DNA from: a virus
Lineage: Duplodnaviria; Caudoviricetes
DNA length: 59,307 nucleotides
Strand: one strand, 5' to 3'
Virus record (IMG/VR): IMGVR_UViG_3300017766_003746
Location: 1-59,307 of that record
The notes under the pieces are model-generated. The model was not told the origin of the DNA, did no database searches, and saw nothing but the letters and a program-made list of their open reading frames with translations. Below, piece by piece: positions 46,045 through 55,078 of this stretch. Each line of letters begins with the position of its first letter. The stretch's first letter is position 1. The position numbers and the translations under genes were made by a program.

Positions 46045-47589
46045 ATGCAACTCACCGATGAGCAAGTGAAGGTGCGGGACAGCGAAGGCCACCTGGTGGT
46101 CGTCACCGCAAGGGCAGGTAGCGGGAAAACCGCCACCATGGTGCAACGGATCCGCGCCGAAATTGAGCGTGGAACCAACCCGCGAATGATTGCGGCCATC
46201 ACCTACACGGTGACCGCGGCACGCGAACTTCAGCACCGGCTTGGCTGCGAGCTGGGGCACTGCGGCACGCTTCACGGCTACGTGATGCGATGCCTTCAGG
46301 TGGACCCCGCGACCATCGCCGACGAAGACGAAGTGGCCGAGCTGGCGAAGCAGGCCTGCGGGGCGCTGAACATTCGCGGGCTGACCAACAAAGGGCTGCT
46401 GCGGGCCATGGAAGACGTGGTCGAACACCCGGGCGACATCGGCGTGGCGCTGCGCTACGTGCGGGCCGAGCTGAAGGCCCGGGGCCGCACCACGTTTTCG
46501 CTGGTGCTGCGGGAGTTTCACGAATGCCTGATGCGAGGCGAGCACCGCCAGAAATTCGCGTTGCTGGTGGTCGATGAAGCGCAAGACACCGCGCCCATCG
46601 ATGCCGAGATTTTCGAGGCGATGGACGCCGACAAGCGGATTTTCATCGGCGACCCGCACCAAGCGATTTTCGGCTTTCGCGGGTGCACGGATCGGTTTTT
46701 CCGCAAGATGGCACGCAAGGCCAGCGACTACCTGCCACTTTCCACCACCTTCAGGTGCCGCCGGGCGATCTGCGACGCCGCCAACGCGCTGCTGCAAGGC
46801 GGGCCGGTCACGATGATGCGGAGCATTCACGCCGACGGCGACGGCTACATCGAGGCGCTGCGCTACCGCAACGAAGCCGAAGAGCTGAAGGGCATTCTCG
46901 CGTGGGCGAAGCAGTGCAACGGCACCCGCGCCGTGCTTTGCCGCTACAACGCCGACGTGGCCCGCGTGGGCGCGTGGCTGCTGGCCAACGGCATGAAGGT
47001 GCGCATGCGCCGTGCCGAGCCCGACAAGCTGCTGGTGGCCGCCCTGCGGCTGCTGGCGAGCAAGCGCGACGCCAACCTGCTGGCCGCCCTGCGGAGTGAA
47101 CTCGGCGAGCGTGCGGCAAAGCTGCCGCTGGTGGCCGATGCCGACGCCGTCGAGCTGCTGGCGCGAAGCGTGCGCGATGGCATGGGAAGCGTGCCGGCCG
47201 CGCTGAACATGCTCGGGGTGCCCGCCGAAGTGGCAGCCGATGCCGCGCCCGAGAGCGTGACCGTTTTCGAGGCGCTGGAAGCTTCCCTGCGGGGCGAGCG
47301 CCCGGGCGAAGCCGACGGCACCGAAGTGGTGGTGGGAACCGTGCACAGCGCGAAGGGGCGCGAATTCGACGACGTGCTGGTGGCGAGCTGCTACGCGCCA
47401 GGCAAGACCGCGGATCCCGACGAAGAGGCGCGGATTTTCTACGTGGCCATCACCCGGGCGAGAAACACCGCCACCGTGACCTTTGCCGACCGCCGGATTG
47501 ACCCGCGCACCATGGCGGAAACCGAAGGAACCCCCAGCCCATTCATCGCCGCGGCGAACATCGAAACCACCGAAGACAAGCACGCATGA
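46045..47589 (+). CDS. UvrD/Rep-family SF1 helicase
   Basis: ARAGSGKT, VDEAQD, GDPHQAIFGFRG, TVHSAKGREF, FYVAITRA. Confidence 0.92.
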   Translation: MQLTDEQVKVRDSEGHLVVVTARAGSGKTATMVQRIRAEIERGTNPRMIAAITYTVTAARELQHRLGCELGHCGTLHGYVMRCLQVDPATIADEDEVAELAKQACGALNIRGLTNKGLLRAMEDVVEHPGDIGVALRYVRAELKARGRTTFSLVLREFHECLMRGEHRQKFALLVVDEAQDTAPIDAEIFEAMDADKRIFIGDPHQAIFGFRGCTDRFFRKMARKASDYLPLSTTFRCRRAICDAANALLQGGPVTMMRSIHADGDGYIEALRYRNEAEELKGILAWAKQCNGTRAVLCRYNADVARVGAWLLANGMKVRMRRAEPDKLLVAALRLLASKRDANLLAALRSELGERAAKLPLVADADAVELLARSVRDGMGSVPAALNMLGVPAEVAADAAPESVTVFEALEASLRGERPGEADGTEVVVGTVHSAKGREFDDVLVASCYAPGKTADPDEEARIFYVAITRARNTATVTFADRRIDPRTMAETEGTPSPFIAAANIETTEDKHA

Positions 47590-48374
47590 GCGACCGCATT
47601 TTTCAAAACATGGATGGCATCAACGCCATTTTCATTCACAGCAGCGTGGACGATGCGGGCCTTGACCCGTTCGCATTTCGGGTGCTGATGCATCTGAGCC
47701 GACGCGCAAACCACAAGGGCATGGCATGGCCGGGCATTGAAAGCATGGTGGAGACTACCGGCATCAGTGAACGCCGGATCCGCGAAGCCCTTCGAGAATT
47801 GGAGCGCCGGAAAATGCTTGTGACCACCCAAGCGCCGGGGAAGGGCAACCGGAATTTTTATGAACTTACGGCCGCCAGCGAGTGGATTTTAGAACCGGCA
47901 CCACGTGCCGATTCGGAAGAATGCGGCACCACGTGCCGATTGGAACCGGCACCACGTGCCGATTCCTCTACTAGAGAAGGAAATCCAAGTGAAGGATATC
48001 CAGAAAAGGCGCAAGCGCCTGCTTCTTTGGGTAGAAATTCTAAAAAGTTTTTAGCGCCGGAAGCATGCGCCGCGATTCTGGACGAACTGGGGGACACCTT
48101 CAAAGCCCACCCGGTGTTTTGCCTGCGGCTGGGTGAATTCGTGGCCGAGCGATTCAAGACCCGCCGGGTGATGACCGAAGAGGCCGCCCACCGGTTGGCG
48201 GTGAAATTCGCGAAGCACGACCCCGAGACATGCGCCACGGCGCTGGAAACGAGTTTGGATCGCGGATGGACCGGGGTTTTCCCCGAAAGCGTGAAGGGTG
48301 ACCGCCGGGGATCGAGCGGGCCGCACCTGAGTGCGCAAGCAACCTTGGGAGATTGGGGGTTTGGCGAAGCATGA
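47586..48374 (+). CDS. Replication initiator (N-terminal wHTH)
   Basis: AWPGIESM..TGISERRI..LRELE; internal iterons; followed by a DnaC-like gene. Confidence 0.8.
   Translation: MSDRIFQNMDGINAIFIHSSVDDAGLDPFAFRVLMHLSRRANHKGMAWPGIESMVETTGISERRIREALRELERRKMLVTTQAPGKGNRNFYELTAASEWILEPAPRADSEECGTTCRLEPAPRADSSTREGNPSEGYPEKAQAPASLGRNSKKFLAPEACAAILDELGDTFKAHPVFCLRLGEFVAERFKTRRVMTEEAAHRLAVKFAKHDPETCATALETSLDRGWTGVFPESVKGDRRGSSGPHLSAQATLGDWGFGEA
47896..47964 (+). repeat. Three 18-bp iterons CGGCACCACGTGCCGATT (probable origin)
   Basis: Copies at 47896, 47924 and 47947, followed by an AT-richer tract to about 48055. Confidence 0.85.
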
Positions 48375-49054
48375 ACCTGACCGACCCCACCCGCTGCATG
48401 CTTTGCAGCAAGCCCCACCTGCAAACCGAAGAGCACCCGACATGCCCCGAGTGCGAGGCCTTGCCCGAGATTGACACCAGCGCCGACGAAGAGCGCCGGA
48501 ATCGCGAGCGTGCCGAAGCCAGGGAACGCCTTTGGCAAACGAAGGTGCCCCGGGAATACCGCAACACCGAACTGGCGAAGCTTCCGACCCGTGCGGCCGA
48601 GCTTTTCCCACGGGTTGGCAACTGGGATTTCGCGACCGGCAAAGGCCTGACCCTGATCGGGCCGACCGGCCACGGGAAAACCCGGCTGGCGGTGCGGGCG
48701 ATGAAAAGCGCCTTCGACCGCGGGGCCCGAGTGGAAATCCTGCGGTGCGCCGAAGTGCGCATGGAACTTTGGGAAAGCTTCGCGGCTGCCAGCAAGCTGG
48801 TGGCCCGTGCGAGCAAGCCCGACGTGCTGCTGCTGGATGACCTCGGGCAAGGTGCGAAGAGCGAACAAATCGACGAAGTGACCTTGGCCATCCTCGAGGC
48901 GCGAACCGCCGAAGGCCGCCCGACCCTGACAACCACGCAATTCAACGACACCCGACTGATCGAACGATTTTACAGGCCCGAAACCGGCGAAGCCATTGTG
49001 CGCCGCGTGGGCCAGCAATTCGCCACCATCCTCAACCTGACCCCAAAGCCATGA
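48371..49054 (+). CDS. DnaC/IstB-like AAA+ helicase loader
   Basis: GPTGHGKT, LLLDDLG, PTLTTTQ. Confidence 0.88.
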   Translation: MNLTDPTRCMLCSKPHLQTEEHPTCPECEALPEIDTSADEERRNRERAEARERLWQTKVPREYRNTELAKLPTRAAELFPRVGNWDFATGKGLTLIGPTGHGKTRLAVRAMKSAFDRGARVEILRCAEVRMELWESFAAASKLVARASKPDVLLLDDLGQGAKSEQIDEVTLAILEARTAEGRPTLTTTQFNDTRLIERFYRPETGEAIVRRVGQQFATILNLTPKP

Positions 49055-49419
49055 CACCAAACGCCCGTGCGAAAATTTTCGCATCCCTGATTCTTTCCGT
49101 GCCGCTGCCAGCTTCCGCGCTGGTGCTGATTGCCATCGGCCCGCCATTCCCTGAAGGGTTTTTCGTAGCGTGCGCGGCTTTCACCACCGTGCTGGCGCTG
49201 GCGCTTGCCGGTGCCCGCGACTTCGACGGGATCCGCCGCGACTTCCACGGCGGTGCGCCAGCCTACTGGGTGCCGTGCACGGTGTGGCTGCTGGCGTGCA
49301 TCTTTGCCGCTGCCGCCGGGTGGCTGCCGATGGCCGTCACGCTGGTGCGCTGGGTGGTTTTTTCGGCTGGGGCGCTGCATGCGCTTGCGGATTTCGGGTG
49401 CCGTGTCAAAAACCGCTGA
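49051..49419 (+). CDS. Membrane protein
   Basis: Three to four hydrophobic segments. Confidence 0.65.
   Translation: MTPNARAKIFASLILSVPLPASALVLIAIGPPFPEGFFVACAAFTTVLALALAGARDFDGIRRDFHGGAPAYWVPCTVWLLACIFAAAAGWLPMAVTLVRWVVFSAGALHALADFGCRVKNR
49068..49083. repeat. Palindrome A copy 13 (inside CDS)
   Basis: TGCGAAAATTTTCGCA. Confidence 0.95.
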
Positions 49420-49422
49420 TCC

Positions 49423-49980
49423 ATGAACACCCTGACACCAGACGAAACCGCCATCATGCACGACGTTGGCACCCTTATGGTGCGCACCATGGCGCTTGCC
49501 GCCCTGAAGCGCGACGAAGTGCGGATCGACAGCCGGGACATGCTCGGCCGGCCGCGCCACGTGCGAGTGAACATCAACGCCGACCCCGACGACGTGCCGC
49601 TGATTCTTGGCGGCCGTGGCACCAACGCCAAGACGGTGCGCGAACTCGCGGCGCTGGCGTGCCCTGCGGGTGCCTACATCGATTTGCACCTGGTGACCGC
49701 CGAAGAGGCGGGCGAGCGCCAGCCGCGTGATTTCGGCGACAGCACGGAATTGCCGCCCGACCTGGTGCGCGACATCGCCGACGTGGTGGCCCGCTGGCAC
49801 TTGGCGCTTGGCGACGACATGCCGGTGGTGCGCCACGAAGCAACGCCGCGCTGCGACATCTGGCTGGTGCAAGGCCGGAACATTCCGGGCAGCGCCATGG
49901 GGAGCCTACGAAGGCTGATCGGGTGGGCCTGCAAGGTGCGTGGCCGCAACGGATTTGTGGAATGGGAAAACCCACGCTGA
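49423..49980 (+). CDS. KhpA-like KH-domain RNA-binding protein
   Basis: DEVRID..NADPDDVPLILGGRGTNAKTVREL parallels KhpA D.GKVIGK.GR.AKAIRTL. Confidence 0.6.
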   Translation: MNTLTPDETAIMHDVGTLMVRTMALAALKRDEVRIDSRDMLGRPRHVRVNINADPDDVPLILGGRGTNAKTVRELAALACPAGAYIDLHLVTAEEAGERQPRDFGDSTELPPDLVRDIADVVARWHLALGDDMPVVRHEATPRCDIWLVQGRNIPGSAMGSLRRLIGWACKVRGRNGFVEWENPR

Positions 49981-50369
49981 ACACCCTGACCCGTGGTCGC
50001 CTGACCGCCTACCCGCACGACAACGTGCTGCGGTGGCGCGTGCAATCCAACAGCCGCCCCGACATCGAACACGTGGTGGACCTCGGCACGTGGCACGGCA
50101 ACGGTTCATGCAGTTGCGAGCACTTCGAATTCCGGTTGGCACCGTTGCTTCGCGACGGCATCGGCCGGGCGGGAAAGGCGACCCGCTGCGGCCACATCAT
50201 GGTGGCGCGTGAAGCCTTCGCCAACCACATGATTCAGATCCTGAGTGCGAAGGCCGCAGAGCTGGCCCGAGCCACCGAACCTTGCCCCGAGTGCCAGGGC
50301 GATGCCGAAGACATCGAAGGCAACCCCTGCCCGTGCTGCGAAGGTGCGGGGGCTATTTCAGCAGCATGA
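49962..50369 (+). CDS. SWIM-type Zn-finger protein
   Basis: CSCEHF..CGHI plus CPECQG..CPCCEG. Confidence 0.7.
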   Translation: MGKPTLNTLTRGRLTAYPHDNVLRWRVQSNSRPDIEHVVDLGTWHGNGSCSCEHFEFRLAPLLRDGIGRAGKATRCGHIMVAREAFANHMIQILSAKAAELARATEPCPECQGDAEDIEGNPCPCCEGAGAISAA

Positions 50370-50385
50370 TGCGCAAATTTTCGCA
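50370..50385 (+). repeat. Palindrome A copy 14, C variant (abuts a stop codon)
   Basis: TGCGCAAATTTTCGCA. Confidence 0.93.
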
Positions 50386-50396
50386 CCCCCACGACC

Positions 50397-50882
50397 ATGG
50401 CCGGAAAAAACAATGGAACCGCGTTTGAACGCGACCTGCAGACGATCTTCGACGCCTACCTTTCCCAAGGCCGGGCAAAAATTCACAAGGTGGATCCGCC
50501 CACGAAGGTGCTCGGCAGGAAGGTGCTTTTCCTGCCCAACGACTGGCTGGACTTCGCGGGCACGTGGACCGAACGCGGGGGCCGTGCGCTGGTGATCGAG
50601 GCGAAGACCACCCAAGAACCGACGCTGCCCCTCGGCGGTGAACGCGGGCTGACAAAAACCCAGTGGAACAACGCCATGGACTGGCAGCGGGCCGGTGCCG
50701 TGGTGCTGCTGCTTTGGGAATTCCGGGGCGAAATCCGGGTGACCACGCCCGCCATGGCGATGGCTGCTTGCCGCGAAAATGAGCGCAAAAGCCTGCGGTG
50801 GTGCGACGCCCACAAACTGCCCGTCGGCCATGGGTGGGTGAGATTTGACCCACTGACATGGGCAGCACGCTTGACAGACTGA
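50397..50882 (+). CDS. RecU-like Holliday junction resolvase
   Basis: GTAFE..Y..A.IHK..P..DFAG..IEAKTT. Confidence 0.8.
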   Translation: MAGKNNGTAFERDLQTIFDAYLSQGRAKIHKVDPPTKVLGRKVLFLPNDWLDFAGTWTERGGRALVIEAKTTQEPTLPLGGERGLTKTQWNNAMDWQRAGAVVLLLWEFRGEIRVTTPAMAMAACRENERKSLRWCDAHKLPVGHGWVRFDPLTWAARLTD

Positions 50883-50905
50883 CCGAAACGGGCCACAAAA
50901 GGCGC

Positions 50906-51199
50906 ATGGACACTCCAACGACCCCCAAGGAACTGAGCGACACCCAGCTTGCACCGCTGGTTGCATGGGCGCATTCCAACCGCGGCGCGATTGGCCGGAT
51001 CGCTGAACGCATGGCCAAAAAGAGCGGCCAAGCCGTGAACCGCCACATGGTGGGCCGGTGGCTTGCCCAAGAGCCTGACAAGCGGATCCAGCCGAGCCAC
51101 GGCTACGCGCTACTCATGGCCGACGTGGTGGCCGAGCTGCAAGACGAAGACCGCCAGCTTGATGCCGAGCGCCGCCGCACGGAACCCGCGCACGCCTGA
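50906..51199 (+). CDS. Small HTH-like protein, candidate regulator
   Basis: GAIGRIAERM..VNRHMVGRWL..P resembles Cro/XRE folds; preceded by TTGACA (50871) and a motif-B variant. Confidence 0.5.
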   Translation: MDTPTTPKELSDTQLAPLVAWAHSNRGAIGRIAERMAKKSGQAVNRHMVGRWLAQEPDKRIQPSHGYALLMADVVAELQDEDRQLDAERRRTEPAHA

Positions 51200-51234
51200 T
51201 TTTCCCAACCACCCCCAACCCCAAAACGACGACA

Positions 51235-52263
51235 ATGCAAGACCACCCGATTGCGGGACTTTTCCCGCTGATTCCCGATGCCGAGCTGCAAGAGCTGGCC
51301 GAATCCATCCAACGAAGCGGACAGCGCGACGACATCGTGCTTTTCGAAGGCAAGATCCTTGACGGCCGCAACCGCTTTCGAGCGTGCGGCATTGCCGGGG
51401 TGAAGCCGCGCACCCGGGTTTTCGACCCGAAGAAAGACGGGCCGAGCCCGCTCCGCTTCGTGCTGGACCTCAACCTTTCCCGCCGCCACCTGAGCACCAG
51501 CCAACGCGCCGCGATTGCGGCCGAAAGCCTGAAGATCATGGAAAGCATGGCGAAGGCCGCAGCGGGTGCCAGCGCCACGCCGACGAAGCCCGCCCAGCTG
51601 AAGGCCTACGACCCGAGCGAAGCCGCCGACGAAGAGGGCGAAGCCGTGGTGACCGGGCCGACGGTGCCCCAGGCTGAAGCCATCGTCGAAGCCGGGAACC
51701 CCGACGACGACGTGCTGCCGGAAGACCGGCCGGAAGAAACCAAGCCGACGGTGGCAGAAACCGCGGCATCCATGGGCGTTTCCAAGCGGAGCGTCGAGCA
51801 CGCCAAGGGCCTGACCCCCGAGCACCTCGAGGAAGTGAAGAGCGGCAAGAAAACGCTTCACGCCGCCAAGCAGGAAGAGGAAGCCGAAAAGCTGAAGGCA
51901 CAGCGCAAGGAAGCCATCAAGCGCGTGGCCAAGGTGTGCGGGAAGGAATTCGCCGACGCCATGGCCCGCAACACCATCCTGAAGACCGTGAAGGAACTGG
52001 CGGCATTCCTCGCGTTGGATGACGACCAGATGCGGGCCGTTCAACCGCTGGTTTCGACCGGCTGGAAGGTGAAGAAAGCCCTTGCCCACGCGCTGGACGC
52101 CATCACCGGCGACAGCACGATTTCCGACCTCCTGAACAAAGCCATCGCGGCCGGCGGCGATGAATTCACCGTGGTGGTGAATGGCTGGGAAGTGACCGCC
52201 ATCAACGTGGGAGCCAGCCACAACAGCGACGGCACCCCGGCGAAGAACCCCGCGAAAAAGTGA
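51235..52263 (+). CDS. ParB/Spo0J-like protein with HTH
   Basis: LAESIQ..G.RD.I..ILDGRNRFRAC..NL.RRHL..SQRA; VAETAASMGVSKRSVEHAK HTH. Confidence 0.85.
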   Translation: MQDHPIAGLFPLIPDAELQELAESIQRSGQRDDIVLFEGKILDGRNRFRACGIAGVKPRTRVFDPKKDGPSPLRFVLDLNLSRRHLSTSQRAAIAAESLKIMESMAKAAAGASATPTKPAQLKAYDPSEAADEEGEAVVTGPTVPQAEAIVEAGNPDDDVLPEDRPEETKPTVAETAASMGVSKRSVEHAKGLTPEHLEEVKSGKKTLHAAKQEEEAEKLKAQRKEAIKRVAKVCGKEFADAMARNTILKTVKELAAFLALDDDQMRAVQPLVSTGWKVKKALAHALDAITGDSTISDLLNKAIAAGGDEFTVVVNGWEVTAINVGASHNSDGTPAKNPAKK

Positions 52264-52269
52264 CACCTT

Positions 52270-52300
52270 GTCGCCCGGGCGACCGGGCGCGGATAGAAAC
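52270..52300 (+). CRISPR. Solitary type I-C-like CRISPR repeat, unit 2
   Basis: GTCGCCCGGGCGACCGGGCGCGGATAGAAAC, 28/31 identical to unit 1. Confidence 0.72.
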
Positions 52301-52324
52301 GAAAACCACCAACGCACCAACACC

Positions 52325-52591
52325 ATGCCGAAAGCCACCACCGCCAAGAAAGCCGCCCGCCGCCGCAAAGTGATTTGCCGCGCCCTGACCTGCAACGTGC
52401 CGACCAAAAGCGCGAAATGGGATGCGCTCATGAGATTGAGCACGCCCGAGCTGAAGAACCTGCTTCGTGCCGCCGGGATCGGGATCCCGAAGGAAAAAGC
52501 CGCCATGGCCGACCGCCTTGCCGAGCATGAAGCCGTGGCGGTGGCCGTGACGACCGAAGCGGTCGTATTCGGCCGACCCGGCGCGAAATGA
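52325..52591 (+). CDS. Small basic hypothetical protein
   Basis: ATG after a C/A-rich leader, 24 nt after repeat unit 2. Confidence 0.65.
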   Translation: MPKATTAKKAARRRKVICRALTCNVPTKSAKWDALMRLSTPELKNLLRAAGIGIPKEKAAMADRLAEHEAVAVAVTTEAVVFGRPGAK

Positions 52592-52633
52592 TTCCTGAAG
52601 CCGCCCATTCCGGGGGGGATCGGCGGCAAGGAA

Positions 52634-52673
52634 AAGCGCCCCGGGTGGGAGACTGCCCGGGGCGCTTGATTTT
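52634..52673 (+). terminator. Probable intrinsic terminator
   Basis: AAGCGCCCCGGGTGG-GAGA-CTGCCCGGGGCGCTT followed by GATTTT. Confidence 0.6.
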
Positions 52674-52700
52674 CCCCCAACCTGATGACCAGCCAAGACG

Positions 52701-54344
52701 ATGAAATTTACCCTCCGAGACTACCAGCAGCAGTTTTGCCGCGCCGTTGTGAACGCCTTCACCGTGGGCGCTGAAGGCCAAGGCCCGTTTGACAGGGTGC
52801 TGGGTGTGGCCGCCACAGGGGCGGGAAAAACCATCATGGCCGCCGCGCTGGTGTGGTGGATCACACGCCACCCGCGCCGCACCGGCCGGGTGCTGATGCT
52901 GGCCGACACCGACGAGCTGGTGCAGCAGGCCGCCGACAAGATTCTGGCGTCCACGGGGCTGATTCCCGACATCGAAAAGGCCGCCAGCATGGCCGACCTC
53001 GCCAGCGCCGTGGTGGTGGGCAGCATTCAGACCTTGAGCCGCCGCCTCGAGCGATGGCCCGCGGATCAATTCGACCTGGTGATTGCCGACGAAGCGCACC
53101 TTTCAATGGCCCGCAACTGGCAAAAGGTGCTGAAGCACTTCGGCGACGGTGGCGCGTGGGTGCTGGGGATCACCGCCACCCCCGAGCGCGGCGACGGGCA
53201 AAAGCTGATGCGCTACTATGAGCACATAGCCGCCGAAATTGGCCTTTTCGACCTGATCAACCGCGGGCACTTGGCACCCATCACCGTGCAAGTGTGCCCG
53301 CTGCAAATCGATTGCACGAAGCTGGCCAGCAAGACTTCGGGGCTGAACAAAGGCGACTTCGACGACGGCGAGCTGGAAGAGGCAATCGAGCCTTACCTCG
53401 AGGCCATTATTGACGAATGGCACACACACGCCGCCGACCGCAAGACCCTGATTTTTCACCCGAGCATCCGCGCCAGCCAGAAATTCACGGAAATGCTGCA
53501 AGCCCGAGGGGTGGCAGCCGCCCACGTTTCCGGGCAATCGAAAGACCGCAAGGCCGTGCTGAAGGCCTACGAAGAGGGGCGTTTTCAGGTGCTGAACAAC
53601 GCACAGCTTTTGACGAAGGGCTACGACTGCCCGGACATTGCATGCGTGATCAACCTGCGGCCGACGAAGAGCCGCACCCAGTATCTGCAAATGGTGGGCC
53701 GGGGCACGCGCACCGCGCCGGGGAAAACCGATTGCCTGCTACTGGACTTCCTTTGGCAATTCCAAGAGCTTGGCATCATGCGGCCGGCCGCGCTGGTGGC
53801 CAAGGGTGACGAGCACGAAGCCGCGGTGGCCAGTGTCATGGAACGTGGCAAGCGCCTGACCCTCGGCGAAGCCAGCGAAGAGGCCGAGCGGGAACGCGAA
53901 CAACTGATCATCCGCCAACTGAAGCGGGCGGCCGAGCGTGGGGGCCGCCAGGTTTACGACGCCCGGGTGCTGGGTGCCGTGCTTCACCAACCCGAGCTGA
54001 TCGACTACGAACCACGGGCGAAGTGGGAAAAGCTGCCGCTGACCCCGGGCCAGCGCCGGTTTCTGGAAAACAACGGGATCGACCCCGGCACCGTGCGCGG
54101 GCTCGGCCACGGCGCGAAGATCATGCACACGCTGGCCAACCGCAGGAACCACGGCATGGCCACGCCCAAGCAGGTGGCGGCCCTTGCCATGGCCGACGTG
54201 CCACAGCCGCACCAAATGACCTTCAGCAGCGCCTTGGAGCGCCTGCAAGCCCTGATCGACGCCGCGCCAGCCGAAGGGCTGGAAGCACCGGCGAAGGCCT
54301 ACAGCGGGCCAGCCGTGGCGCGTGGCGTGCGAATCGATGATTGA
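52701..54344 (+). CDS. SF2 DEAH-box helicase
   Basis: LRDYQ, ATGAGKT, DEAH, TATPER, QMVGRGTR. Confidence 0.93.
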   Translation: MKFTLRDYQQQFCRAVVNAFTVGAEGQGPFDRVLGVAATGAGKTIMAAALVWWITRHPRRTGRVLMLADTDELVQQAADKILASTGLIPDIEKAASMADLASAVVVGSIQTLSRRLERWPADQFDLVIADEAHLSMARNWQKVLKHFGDGGAWVLGITATPERGDGQKLMRYYEHIAAEIGLFDLINRGHLAPITVQVCPLQIDCTKLASKTSGLNKGDFDDGELEEAIEPYLEAIIDEWHTHAADRKTLIFHPSIRASQKFTEMLQARGVAAAHVSGQSKDRKAVLKAYEEGRFQVLNNAQLLTKGYDCPDIACVINLRPTKSRTQYLQMVGRGTRTAPGKTDCLLLDFLWQFQELGIMRPAALVAKGDEHEAAVASVMERGKRLTLGEASEEAEREREQLIIRQLKRAAERGGRQVYDARVLGAVLHQPELIDYEPRAKWEKLPLTPGQRRFLENNGIDPGTVRGLGHGAKIMHTLANRRNHGMATPKQVAALAMADVPQPHQMTFSSALERLQALIDAAPAEGLEAPAKAYSGPAVARGVRIDD

Positions 54345-54347
54345 ACG

Positions 54348-54581
54348 ATGACACCCCCCGAAATCATGCACACGCCAGACGACCACAAGGAAGACGGCAC
54401 CCCCGTTTTCGATTCCATCCAATGGGAACGCCCGATGGAACTGCAACACGCGCTGATGGCAGGCACCATGCCGGTGCCCTGCTGGATCCGCATCGGCCGC
54501 ACCTGCATGCGGATCACCACCGAAGACGTGCAAGCAGTGTGCCGCGGCATCCTGCTTTCCAGCCTGATGCGTGCCGAATGA
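54348..54581 (+). CDS. Hypothetical protein
   Basis: ORF within operon. Confidence 0.55.
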   Translation: MTPPEIMHTPDDHKEDGTPVFDSIQWERPMELQHALMAGTMPVPCWIRIGRTCMRITTEDVQAVCRGILLSSLMRAE

Positions 54582-54775
54582 CCGCTGAAGAGCCAGTGCC
54601 AGGCCCCCACAACGTGGAGATTCAAGACATCCCCGGCCACTGGGATTCCGTTTTCGTGGCCGACGACCTGGTGGAAGCCGCACGGGTGGCTTCCTACATC
54701 GTGAAGCGCGACTGGCGGGTGCGGCAAGACGAACGCCGCGTGCGCATCCTTGCAGCCGACGGCCGCGAATGGTAA
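54578..54775 (+). CDS. Hypothetical protein
   Basis: ATGA overlap. Confidence 0.55.
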   Translation: MTAEEPVPGPHNVEIQDIPGHWDSVFVADDLVEAARVASYIVKRDWRVRQDERRVRILAADGREW

Positions 54776-54784
54776 AGCGTGGGC

Positions 54785-55078
54785 ATGAACCACGACAGCG
54801 TGCCACTGGTGATCTTCGAAACTGGCGAAGAGGCCGTGAAACACGGGCCGGGCGGCGCATCGTGGGCCGACGACGAAGGCCACCTTTTCGTGATGATTCC
54901 GGGCACTGGGCCGCACCTTGACGCCATCCCCGTGACCCGCGACCAGCAACGGGCACAAACCGAAGCCCGCACGTGGCTTCTGACCGGCGACCGCATGAAG
55001 CCCACGCTTCACCCGAGCTTGCACGTGCCAGACCGGTGGCATGGATGGCTGCGCGACGGCCATCTGGTTTCCTGCTGA
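54785..55078 (+). CDS. DUF6527-like protein
   Basis: W.LTGD..KPTL.PSL..WHGWLRDG; family name recalled, not searched. Confidence 0.55.
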   Translation: MNHDSVPLVIFETGEEAVKHGPGGASWADDEGHLFVMIPGTGPHLDAIPVTRDQQRAQTEARTWLLTGDRMKPTLHPSLHVPDRWHGWLRDGHLVSC

